Assembly (NCBI GenBank): GCA_963666205.1
Contig: OY762654.1
Coordinates: 518,611-582,610, forward strand
Length of the DNA stretch: 64,000 nucleotides
Direction: 5' to 3'
From: Synergistales bacterium
GTDB taxonomy: Bacteria; Synergistota; Synergistia; Synergistales; JAFGMB01
The position numbers were made by a program, and so were the translations under genes. Position 1 is the stretch's first letter. Each line of letters opens with the position of its first letter. The notes below the pieces were generated by a model that worked only from the letters and a program-made list of their open reading frames with translations, was not told where the DNA came from and made no database searches. This document shows positions 1-8,295 of the stretch, in pieces.

Positions 1-644
1 ATACCAGCCATGATATTTGGCATAGCCAAGGGTACCCTGACTTCTTTCAGGAGTTGCCACTTGGTCGCTCCATATGCAAGGGCTGCCTCCTGAGTTGCCT
101 TCGGAACCTGTCTTATCCCGAGATTCGTCAATCTTATAACCGGAGGCATGGAATATATAAGAGTCGCAAATACTGCAGGCACTTTACCCAGACCAAAGAA
201 CATCATGGCAGGAATAAGATATACAAAACTGGGCATGGTTTGCATACCATCCAGGATCGGTGTCATTATAGACCTTGCCCTATCAACCTGTGCCATAAGG
301 ATACCCGTTGGTATCCCCATAAAAAGAGAGAGAAATACTGCTGTTATTATTACAGCGAGGGTGTCGATAGCAAGATCCCATAAACCGAACATACCTATGA
401 TCATAGGCATGAGAGCAAGAAATACAGCAGAAGAGATCTTTTTGTTAACTACCCATGCCAGGCCCCCTACAAAAAGAATATACCCCCACCATGGAATGGC
501 TGATAAACCGGATCCTATAGCCATAAGCACGTATGAAATTGATGCGGATATACTGTCAAAACCTCCTGAAAAAGAATGGAGGAGCCAGTTTATAAAATCA
601 TTTACATATCCTGCTACGTGAAATTCAAGAATCTCAGGAAACAT
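1..644 (-). CDS. Glycine betaine/proline betaine ABC transporter permease (ProW/OpuAB-like); 3' end cut by window edge
   Basis: Not in the ORF track because it runs off the window. Manual reverse-complement translation from ATG 644..642 gives MFPEILEFHVAGYVNDFINWLLHSF...MQTMPSFVYLIPAMMFFGLGKVPAVFATLIYSMPPVIRLTNLGIRQVP, a typical betaine permease core. Start overlaps the stop of the upstream ATPase by 11 nt (operon order SBP-ATPase-permease). Confidence 0.85.
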   Translation of the reverse strand, partial: MFPEILEFHVAGYVNDFINWLLHSFSGGFDSISASISYVLMAIGSGLSAIPWWGYILFVGGLAWVVNKKISSAVFLALMPMIIGMFGLWDLAIDTLAVIITAVFLSLFMGIPTGILMAQVDRARSIMTPILDGMQTMPSFVYLIPAMMFFGLGKVPAVFATLIYSMPPVIRLTNLGIRQVPKATQEAALAYGATKWQLLKEVRVPLAMPNIMAG

Positions 645-1548
645 TCCCGATCATTCCTTTCTTTTCAGAGGCAGATTCCTTGCTTGAATTGTCAGTGATC
701 AGAGAAATTTTATTAGGATTGTCACCATCTGCCATCTGAAGCTGTTTTCTCTTATCCTGAACAAAGCGGGCCACATAATCATCTGCAGGATCGGCAAGAA
801 TCTCCTGAGGTGCACCCATCTGAACTATTTTCCCGTTTTTCATTACAGCCATTCGGTCCCCCAGCCTCATCGCCTCATCGAGATCATGGGTAACAAAGAA
901 AATCGTCTTGTGCATGTCTTCCTGCAATCGTATAAGCTCGTCCTGCATCTCCCTCCTGATCAGAGGATCAAGTCCGCTGAAGGGCTCATCCATTAGCAGG
1001 ATAGGGGAATTCATTACGATGGCTCGGGCGATACCGACCCTCTGCCGCATTCCGCCACTGAGAGAATTAGGATAGTAGTTTTCCCATTTGGAGAGACCTA
1101 CCAGTTCCAGCGCAACCTTGGAACGTTCGAGACGCTCCTTCAACAACACTCCCTTAAGTTTCAGACCAAAGGAAACATTTTCAAGAACCGTTCGATGAGG
1201 AAGAAGACCGTAATGCTGAAAAACCATGGCCGTTTTTTCTCTTCGGAACTCTGTAAGCCCCTTTTCGTCAAGAGTTGTTACATCCTCCCCAAAAACATTT
1301 ATACTACCTGAAGTAGGTTCTATAAGCCGGAGGATACACCTGATAAGAGTGGACTTCCCACTCCCGGATAAACCCATTACAACAAATACTTCTCCAGGCT
1401 TCACAGTAAGAGACACGCCTCTTACCGCTACTACGGCTTCTTCTGATTTGTCCAGAGAAGTTACCAGGTCCTGATCTTCGACATCTATATCCTGGTCATT
1501 TTTGGTATAAACCTTCCAGAGGTCTCTTATATCAATCGCATCGACCAA
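634..1548 (-). CDS. Glycine betaine/proline ABC transporter ATP-binding protein (ProV/OpuAA-like, no CBS tail)
   Basis: Walker A GLSGSGKST, signature LSGGMRQRVGIARA, Walker B ILLMDEPFSGLD. TTG start 1 nt after the SBP stop. Confidence 0.9.
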   Translation of the reverse strand: MVDAIDIRDLWKVYTKNDQDIDVEDQDLVTSLDKSEEAVVAVRGVSLTVKPGEVFVVMGLSGSGKSTLIRCILRLIEPTSGSINVFGEDVTTLDEKGLTEFRREKTAMVFQHYGLLPHRTVLENVSFGLKLKGVLLKERLERSKVALELVGLSKWENYYPNSLSGGMRQRVGIARAIVMNSPILLMDEPFSGLDPLIRREMQDELIRLQEDMHKTIFFVTHDLDEAMRLGDRMAVMKNGKIVQMGAPQEILADPADDYVARFVQDKRKQLQMADGDNPNKISLITDNSSKESASEKKGMIGNVS

Positions 1549-1549
1549 A

Positions 1550-2557
1550 TTAGTTCAACTCCTCAAGAGCCTTTTCTATATTCTTTATCCTGACATCATT
1601 GGTAACCCATGATTTCCAGTCCTGTTCATATTTTTTCAGGAACCAGACTGCAGCTTCCTCTGCTTTAACATTGTTGTCTTTCATATAGGCCAATCCTTCA
1701 TTGGTCTGAGCGAGAGTGGTTTCATATCTTCCAAGCATTTCTGCTATTTCAGGGTTGTTTTCGGCAAAATCCGCGTTAAGCAGGATAAGGACTTTAGCCG
1801 CCACATAAGCACAGCCCCTATTCTGCTTGAATACCTCTTCATCATATTCGGGCTCTTCAAGCATGGTCATATCAAGCTTACCCATGATGGGAGTAGGTTC
1901 CCAGTAATAAGCAAGAATCGGTTGACCTTTTTCGTACGAACCCACGATAGCTGCAGCTAGTGCAGATTGTGAACCAGGGTCAAAGGCAATAAAGTTTTGA
2001 TCAAGACCATAGGCTTCCAGTTTTGCCAGGTTGTGACTATGAACTACCCAGCCACTTGGACCATTATAAAGACGCCCCTTGGAAGGATCTTCCGGGTCTT
2101 TGAAAAGCTCCCAGTATTTTCTCAGATCATCCACCGTTTTGAGGTCAGGTGCCATAGGCTCTATGCCCCTGGTCTTGTCTCCCTCGATAACATAGGTAGG
2201 TACATACCAGCCTTGGGGTGCATCGGGGAATACCTTTCCCACAGTAACTACAGCATTGGCAGCTTTGGCCTTGTCAAACCACTCAAATACATTATCCGCC
2301 CATAACTCCATGGTCAGATCTATGTCTCCCCGCTCAATACCCATAAGTCCCGGCATTGATTCCGCAAATGTATATTCAACTTTTTTGTCAAAACCATGTT
2401 CAAGGATAAATCCTGCCACCCTGTTATGAAACTGGACACTATCCCAACTGAAATCAACAAAGACAACCGGTTTCTCTGCAGCTATAGACATTGAACTCCC
2501 CAGAGAAAAGGCTGTAAGCAACAGGGCAATTAATGAAAGAATGCACATTTTTCTCAT
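1550..2557 (-). CDS. Glycine betaine-type ABC substrate-binding protein (OpuAC family)
   Basis: N-terminal signal peptide (MRKMCILSLIALLLTAFSLG). OpuAC-like length and aromatic-rich core. First gene of the SBP-ATPase-permease operon. Confidence 0.85.
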   Translation of the reverse strand: MRKMCILSLIALLLTAFSLGSSMSIAAEKPVVFVDFSWDSVQFHNRVAGFILEHGFDKKVEYTFAESMPGLMGIERGDIDLTMELWADNVFEWFDKAKAANAVVTVGKVFPDAPQGWYVPTYVIEGDKTRGIEPMAPDLKTVDDLRKYWELFKDPEDPSKGRLYNGPSGWVVHSHNLAKLEAYGLDQNFIAFDPGSQSALAAAIVGSYEKGQPILAYYWEPTPIMGKLDMTMLEEPEYDEEVFKQNRGCAYVAAKVLILLNADFAENNPEIAEMLGRYETTLAQTNEGLAYMKDNNVKAEEAAVWFLKKYEQDWKSWVTNDVRIKNIEKALEELN

Positions 2558-2677
2558 GTTTGTATCCTCCTTTTTTTATCTGGAAATAAAATTGGTTCAA
2601 TAGAATAATGTTTCCATTTCTATACAAAGACCCAGAAACAGTAATTATCTGCCAATCAACTATTAAGGAAAGAAGCT

Positions 2678-3025
2678 CTAATGGGTATCCGGAAGCGGAT
2701 CTGATGAACTTTCAAGAATTTTAAGCCTGGTCTCCAGATCGTATACTTTTTCCTGCAGTTCATATATTTGTGCCTGAAGATTATCCAGTGTATTCGGGGG
2801 TAGCTTATTTTTTTGACGAGCTGCAGAAATAGTTTCTCTGGCTACCTGGTTTCGATAGAGCGTGGAACGGGCAATTCCCATTTTTCGGGATACTGTCTGG
2901 AAATCAACATGACTTCCCGTAATTTCCATTTCAGCGATAGCTTTTTGTACTGCTTCTAAGAGTTCCTTTTTCTCTTTTTTTGTTATCTGTTTTTCCGACA
3001 GAATAAATCTCTCCTCTTGCGCCAT
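2678..3025 (-). CDS. Small HTH plus coiled-coil protein of unknown role
   Basis: 115 aa. HTH-like segment FQTVSRKMGIARSTLYRNQ followed by a heptad-like C-terminus (LDNLQAQIYELQEKVYDLETRLKILE). From memory it resembles small TnpC/DUF6262-type proteins. No recombinase is adjacent. Confidence 0.5.
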   Translation of the reverse strand: MAQEERFILSEKQITKKEKKELLEAVQKAIAEMEITGSHVDFQTVSRKMGIARSTLYRNQVARETISAARQKNKLPPNTLDNLQAQIYELQEKVYDLETRLKILESSSDPLPDTH

Positions 3026-3183
3026 TATTGCTACACGTATAGCAGATATAAATTACCATGAAGGTCTAATATTGTCAAATTCCTACCCTGGTAGTGTATG
3101 TTGTGATTTGTCGGATAAATACTGGTCATTGTTCGTGTTTTCGAGTATAAATGTACATAAAGTTAAATTGATGGAGGCTCCCT

Positions 3184-3900
3184 ATGGTTGAACATATAAA
3201 AAAACCCACAAAGATTTATGAAAAGGTTGTTGAAGAAATCAAGGATCTTATTTCGAAAGGCATTCTGGAACAGGGAGATCCCCTACCCCCTGAAAGACAT
3301 CTCATGGATCAGCTAGGCGTAAGCAGAAGCTCATTGAGAGAAGCATTCAGAGTACTTGAGTCTTTAGGGCTGATCGAAAGCCTTCCCGGAAAAGGGCGAT
3401 TTGTGCGAAGATGCAGAGGGGATGGAATATTGAGTGGAAAAGTGCCACTGGCTGACGAAGCTGTTCTGGAGCTTGTGGAAGCACGACGTGTACTGGAACC
3501 GGTAATCGCTTCGGAAGCAGCAAAGCATGCGACCGCTCCCGATCTTACCAGGATGAGGCGTCTTCTTACAACCACCGGGGAAGATGTGGAATCACTGACA
3601 CATCGAGCAGAATGTGACTACGCATTCCATCTTCTCCTGGCAGAGACCACCCACAACTTTATATACGTCAACATAATCAAGATGACATTTAACCTCATAA
3701 TGGCAACCCATGAAAGAATTTATGCACTTCTGGATGACAAGGAAATCTTTCTTAAAGAACACGAGGAATTGTATGATGCCATAATTGCGCGGGACCATGA
3801 ACTTGCTGCTTCCATAACAAGTAAACACATAGACAGAGTTTACAAAACACTTTTGAATGCTCTGGCCGAAGAGAACCTTACCGGCATAATTATGGAATAG
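3184..3900 (+). CDS. GntR-family transcriptional regulator with FCD (FadR-type) C-terminal domain
   Basis: wHTH (ERHLMDQLGVSRSSLREAFRVLESLGLI) plus a helical FCD-like C-terminus. GGAGG RBS 7 nt upstream of the ATG. Confidence 0.85.
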   Translation: MVEHIKKPTKIYEKVVEEIKDLISKGILEQGDPLPPERHLMDQLGVSRSSLREAFRVLESLGLIESLPGKGRFVRRCRGDGILSGKVPLADEAVLELVEARRVLEPVIASEAAKHATAPDLTRMRRLLTTTGEDVESLTHRAECDYAFHLLLAETTHNFIYVNIIKMTFNLIMATHERIYALLDDKEIFLKEHEELYDAIIARDHELAASITSKHIDRVYKTLLNALAEENLTGIIME

Positions 3901-3924
3901 TGATCTCAGACATAAATATCAAAG

Positions 3925-3958
3925 AAAAGTGGGGCTTTTTAAGGTCAGCCCCACTTTT
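3925..3958. terminator. Bidirectional intrinsic terminator between convergent genes
   Basis: aaaagtggggct / agccccactttt 12-bp stem with a 10-nt loop, A-run on one side and T-run on the other. Confidence 0.7.
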
Positions 3959-3966
3959 ATACATGT

Positions 3967-4929
3967 CTAACTTCCCATTAGAGGAAGAAGAACCTCAGGA
4001 ACTTTATCCTTTCCCGTTACTGCTCTGGGACCGACTATTCCCTGTCCCATTTCCCTGAAGATCTTTAACCCACCGTCTTCGCTCATAACAAACTTCGCGA
4101 ATTCCATAGCAAGTTCATGATTTGGAGCCTGTCTCGTAACAGTAAAACCATAAACGATGGGAGCACCTGTAAGAGTATTCTTTGAACCTGGCTCTTTCCC
4201 GGCTACTTCAACTTTTGCTGTTCTATAGAGATCAGCGTATTCCACATCCCTCAGATTGATCTGGGGGGGAAGTTCCACGAAGCTGAAACCATGCTGAACC
4301 GCCACTGACCTATATTCGAAAGCATAGTCCATTGCACCGCTCTCAACCTGAGCAACCAATTCTATGGCCTTGGGACGTGTATAGTGCCCTGGATCGTTCA
4401 TCGCCTTTTCATAAATGCCATCCTGACCGTAATGTTTCTCCGCAAGCTGAAGAACCATTACGGCTCTGTATCCGCATGGATCAAGATCAGGCTCTGAATT
4501 TCCCCAGGTTACATCTTTCCTCAGAATAATATCGAACCAGTTGTCCTGGTTTATTTCCTCAGCATACTTCGACTTGGGCCCATACATCAGAACTATTTCG
4601 TTTGAAGCAAACATTATGTTCCAATCCGAATATTCAGGTCGCAGCATATTTTCTATAACCTGATAATCTGCAGAAAAAAATATGTCACATTTCCCGCCAA
4701 GGTCGATTATCTTCCTTGCCAGTTGGCGACTTCCACCTGCTTCTCTTTTCACATCAACATCAGGGTGCATTTTTTCAAATTGTGATTCAAGTTCTGCCAT
4801 GGGTTTGCTCAGGCTACCGGCATGAAAAAGGATAAGTTCCTTCCCTGCTGCAGCGAAGCCTGCTGATGCAAATGCACTGAGTATTACCGTTACCAGCAAT
4901 AAAACCATTGTCTTGCGGATATTTTTCAA
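3967..4929 (-). CDS. WtpA-like tungstate/molybdate ABC substrate-binding protein
   Basis: Signal peptide. Motifs LFHAGSLS, SADY, DWNIMFASNEIVL and DPCGYR match my recollection of archaeal/bacterial WtpA rather than ModA or TupA. TTG start with GGAGGTG RBS 6 nt upstream. Confidence 0.75.
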   Translation of the reverse strand: MKNIRKTMVLLLVTVILSAFASAGFAAAGKELILFHAGSLSKPMAELESQFEKMHPDVDVKREAGGSRQLARKIIDLGGKCDIFFSADYQVIENMLRPEYSDWNIMFASNEIVLMYGPKSKYAEEINQDNWFDIILRKDVTWGNSEPDLDPCGYRAVMVLQLAEKHYGQDGIYEKAMNDPGHYTRPKAIELVAQVESGAMDYAFEYRSVAVQHGFSFVELPPQINLRDVEYADLYRTAKVEVAGKEPGSKNTLTGAPIVYGFTVTRQAPNHELAMEFAKFVMSEDGGLKIFREMGQGIVGPRAVTGKDKVPEVLLPLMGS

Positions 4930-4956
4930 AACTTACACCTCCACTATGAATATTGG

Positions 4957-5988
4957 TCAAAAAAGATGTACTCCCCGGGCCCTTATACCTAGAAAGACCC
5001 TGTCGCCTCTATTTATATGCATATCCATCATGGCTGAAGCCAAAAGATGTGCGGTCAATATGGTTTCTCCTACTTCTACAATTACTTCAAAGACAAGACC
5101 CCTTGTGTGAACAGATCGTACTGCCCCACTGAAGATATTTTCAGAACCATCCCCTGGATCTGATAAAAAGATCTGAATATCTTCAGGTCTGACACCAATA
5201 AAAGAATATTCATGATTATCTGGTGGATGATCTGTCCTGAATTGAAGTCCTTTCTCATTGACAGGATATCCTTCATTGAAATGACATTGAAAGATATTTT
5301 TCATGCCTACAAAACCGGCTACTGTCCGATCAAGGGGATGATAAAACACATCCTCTACTTTCCCCACCTGGTGGAGGCGTCCATCATTGATAACTGCCAC
5401 TCTTTCACCCAGCGAAAGAACTTCTCCAAAATCATGGGTAACCATAACAATAGTGTTGCCTTCACTGTGAAGGAGTTTCAGATAGTCTTGTATTTCTTCC
5501 CTGAAAACTGGATCCAGGGCACTTAATGGTTCATCCAGAAGAAGCAGGTCGGGATTCACTATAAGAGACCGGGCAAGGGCTACTCTCTGCTGCTCCCCTC
5601 CTGATAATGTTTCAGGAAACCTTTGAAGAAGATTCCTCAGCCTCAGAAGATCTACCAGATGTGAAAAACAGGACTCATCACAGTTATGAGTAAACCTTAA
5701 ACCATAACGAATATTTTCATTAACCGTAAAATGGGGAAAAAGGGCATAATCCTGGTAAACGAGTGCGACTTTTCTTTTTTCAGGTGTAAGCTCAGTCACA
5801 TCCCTACCAGAGATATATATTCTTCCACCATTTATTCGCTGTAGACCGGCAATTGCCTCCAACATTAGTGTTTTGCCAGCACCACTCGGGCCAACTATCA
5901 TTAAAAATTCATTTTTCCTGATGCTCAGGTTCAAAGATTGAATACTGAATCCCCCAAGAAGAATGGAAACATTATCAATCCTTATCAA
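4957..5988 (-). CDS. Tungstate/molybdate-type ABC transporter ATP-binding protein (WtpC/ModC-like)
   Basis: Walker A GPSGAGKT, LSGGEQQRVALARS, LLLLDEPLSALD. C-terminal ~100-aa TOBE-like extension. Overlaps the permease gene by 14 nt. Confidence 0.85.
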   Translation of the reverse strand: MIRIDNVSILLGGFSIQSLNLSIRKNEFLMIVGPSGAGKTLMLEAIAGLQRINGGRIYISGRDVTELTPEKRKVALVYQDYALFPHFTVNENIRYGLRFTHNCDESCFSHLVDLLRLRNLLQRFPETLSGGEQQRVALARSLIVNPDLLLLDEPLSALDPVFREEIQDYLKLLHSEGNTIVMVTHDFGEVLSLGERVAVINDGRLHQVGKVEDVFYHPLDRTVAGFVGMKNIFQCHFNEGYPVNEKGLQFRTDHPPDNHEYSFIGVRPEDIQIFLSDPGDGSENIFSGAVRSVHTRGLVFEVIVEVGETILTAHLLASAMMDMHINRGDRVFLGIRARGVHLF

Positions 5989-6796
5989 GTACGATTCCTC
6001 CCCTCGGAGCCTTCACCCTACCTGAAACCATAAACCTCAGAAACATGAACATGAGCAGGCATATGGTAACAAGTTGCACCGCTATAGGAGTGGAATATTT
6101 CAAACCAAAGGTGGCAAATCTGTCGTATATCAGCGTTGGAGCCACCATCGGATGATATGCAATAATGATAACCGCACCGAATTCACTGACGGCTCGCGCC
6201 CAACTCATTATCATCCCGGAATAGATCCCCTTTTTCGCAAGAGGAAGAGAAACATGAAAAAAGGTATATAACATAGAAGCACCGAGCAGTCTGCTTGCTT
6301 TTTCCAATCGGGGAGAAACAGAAACAAAAGAATCCCTTGCGGAGTCGACATAAAAAGGGATGCTGACAAATATACACGCCATAATGATGCCAAGAGAACT
6401 ATTAACAGGCTCCAGCCCTATGGAAACAAGGAAAGATCCTATGGGAGATTTAGGAGAAATGGTCATCAGAACTGCTATCCCTGCAACTGTATGAGGAACC
6501 ATTATGGGAATATCAATTATTGCTTCAAGAAGAGATTTTCCTTTAAATTCATTTCTTGCCAGAAAATAAGCCAGAGGTGTACCGAAAAGGACTATGAAAC
6601 CTGTCGCAGCTGCTGCAGTCCAGATACTTCTCCACAATACAGAGATCACTTCCGGATCGGCAGCCGTTTCCAGAACAATATGCCAGTCAGCCCGGAGGTA
6701 CATTCCTCCAAGAGGAATTACAACATAGGCTACAAGGAAGGATCCCATCAGAAGGCTGAACCACTTTTCACGAAAATAGGCGTTTGACAGCAACAT
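5975..6796 (-). CDS. Tungstate/molybdate-type ABC transporter permease (WtpB/ModB-like)
   Basis: Polytopic membrane protein with a BPD_transp_1-type EAA loop region (ASRLLGASMLYTFFHVSLPLAKKG). First gene of the permease-ATPase-SBP operon. Confidence 0.85.
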   Translation of the reverse strand: MLLSNAYFREKWFSLLMGSFLVAYVVIPLGGMYLRADWHIVLETAADPEVISVLWRSIWTAAAATGFIVLFGTPLAYFLARNEFKGKSLLEAIIDIPIMVPHTVAGIAVLMTISPKSPIGSFLVSIGLEPVNSSLGIIMACIFVSIPFYVDSARDSFVSVSPRLEKASRLLGASMLYTFFHVSLPLAKKGIYSGMIMSWARAVSEFGAVIIIAYHPMVAPTLIYDRFATFGLKYSTPIAVQLVTICLLMFMFLRFMVSGRVKAPRGGIVLDKD

Positions 6797-6964
6797 GATC
6801 CTCCTTGTCCAAAAGAAATTACCAGCTTGTTCTGTTTCCTACATGGGGGAGGGGGCTACGTGAAGTAGCCCCCCGGCTGTATAACACAAATAGTGCAGGA
6901 GGTAAGCAAACATAGAAAAAGGGCCTCTCCCACGCAAAGGAAGACGACCCTCAAAAAAAACGAT

Positions 6965-7070
6965 CGCATCCTCCTTTTCAAAAGCGGGAGGCTCACCCGT
7001 TTCCAGGTAAACCCTATCGGCTATGGACCATTGATTTTTCAATCTTTAGGCCTTCAAGCTCGGAGGTTTT
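6965..7070 (-). promoter_or_regulatory. Candidate Moco/Tuco (molybdenum/tungsten cofactor) riboswitch aptamer
   Basis: Minus-strand RNA is AAAACCUCCGAGCUUGAAGGCCUAAAGAUUGAAAAAUCAAUGGUCCAUAGCCGAUAGGGUUUACCUGGAAACGGGUGAGCCUCCCGCUUUUGAAAAGGAGG. It contains the blocks I recall as conserved in the Moco RNA motif (CCUCCGAGC, a GAAA-capped hairpin, GCCUCCCGC, AAAGGAG). It sits in the 5' leader of a Mo/W transporter operon. Confidence 0.55.
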
Positions 7071-7085
7071 ATATTTTCTACACGA

Positions 7086-7114
7086 ATAATATCAAAAGCT
7101 TGAGGATAATTCAA
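7086..7114 (-). promoter_or_regulatory. Sigma70-like promoter of the riboswitch-wtp operon
   Basis: Minus strand reads TTGAAT (7114..7109), 17-nt spacer, TATTAT (7091..7086), about 15-20 nt upstream of the aptamer. Confidence 0.5.
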
Positions 7115-7134
7115 TGATAAGCTGTATCATAAAG

Positions 7135-8070
7135 CTAAAGTATATGCAAAAATTTTATCCAGATGGGTATAAAGAATACTGAAACAAGGGTGCTGACTGT
7201 AATCAGCTCACCCGTATACTCGCTATCCATACCCATTCCCTGGGCTATGACATAATTGTTTACAGCAGTCGGCATAGCGGAAACAAGAACGATTGTTTGA
7301 ACTATAAGGGTATTGCAAGGCCATATCAGGAAAACAACCCAGACAATCAGGGGGTGAGCTACCAGTTTAAATAACACATCCTTCCAGGTCCTTTTGAGGG
7401 ATTTCAGGAGGTGCTCAGGCCTTAAAGAAGCACCAAGACAAAGCAGTGCCAGGCCGCTGGCTGTTTTCCCCAGGATATCAAGGCTTTCGTCCAACCATTC
7501 AGGTAAAGGGCTTAATCCGCACAGTGAAACAATTATTCCGGCTACACATGAAAGGATAAGAGGGTTGTGGGATATCTTCTTACAGGTGCTCCAGAAAGAA
7601 GATGTTGAAAAAGAACCTGAGAGAGCCAATTGACCAGCGCTTATGGATATTATCTGAAACCCGACCATGCCAACTGCGAGAAAGGCTGTCAGGACGGCGA
7701 GCCCTTCCTCTCCTGTTGTCATCGATATTACCGGAATACCCATAAAAACGTTGTTTGCCCTTAGCGAAGCAAGGACAGATACTGCCATTCTTTTTTTCCC
7801 TGCAGTTCTGTCAAAAAGCCTGACCATCATCCAGGCCGCAAAAGGAACAATAAGAAAGGAAATATATATAGCCTTAATAAAATTTGGATCAGAAATCACT
7901 CCAAGATCTGTTGCCACTATTATACGAAACACTAGAGCCGGGAGAGCTATCCAATAAAGAAGAGAAGTAATCCTTTCCGCACCTTCATCATCAAGCAGGG
8001 AAATCTTTTTAACTCCGAAACCTACAGCCATTACAAGGAAAAGCGGAAGTATGACAAGTACACTCTGCAT
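7135..8070 (-). CDS. AEC (auxin efflux carrier) family transporter
   Basis: 311-aa polytopic membrane protein with two-lobed AEC-like topology and length. Confidence 0.8.
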   Translation of the reverse strand: MQSVLVILPLFLVMAVGFGVKKISLLDDEGAERITSLLYWIALPALVFRIIVATDLGVISDPNFIKAIYISFLIVPFAAWMMVRLFDRTAGKKRMAVSVLASLRANNVFMGIPVISMTTGEEGLAVLTAFLAVGMVGFQIISISAGQLALSGSFSTSSFWSTCKKISHNPLILSCVAGIIVSLCGLSPLPEWLDESLDILGKTASGLALLCLGASLRPEHLLKSLKRTWKDVLFKLVAHPLIVWVVFLIWPCNTLIVQTIVLVSAMPTAVNNYVIAQGMGMDSEYTGELITVSTLVSVFFIPIWIKFLHIL

Positions 8071-8295
8071 AATATTTTACCTTTCTCTTTCAATCTGGAT
8101 CAAAAGACTTTTCATTGATTAAGACGAATACTTATTGTAACAGCATTATAATATACTTGTATGATTATATTCATCGAAGAAACATGCATCCAAAAGTTAA
8201 CAGGCTGACATAGGCAAAACAGTTGCGGCAGGACTTTTATTCTGTTAGCTTATGTTTGTATAAAAAATAATTGATATGGAAAGGAAGGGATCGTT

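Noticed and set aside
2678-3025. Possible mobile-element remnant (TnpC/DUF6262-like small protein).
   Set aside because: There is no recombinase, transposase, inverted repeat or target duplication nearby, and the flanks are ordinary housekeeping genes. It is reported only as an orphan small HTH protein.
6856-6969. 37-codon ORF starting at the AUG that abuts the riboswitch 3' GGAGG (MRSFFLRVVFLCVGEALFLCLLTSCTICVIQPGGYFT).
   Set aside because: The SD and AUG have zero spacing, which is not a functional arrangement, and the peptide is a low-complexity hydrophobic string. It is mentioned only as part of the unusual expression platform.
6839-7042. 67-aa minus-strand ORF in the wtp operon leader.
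   Set aside because: It overlaps the candidate Moco riboswitch aptamer and the GC hairpin, has no RBS, and has odd composition. The region is better explained as a structured 5' UTR.
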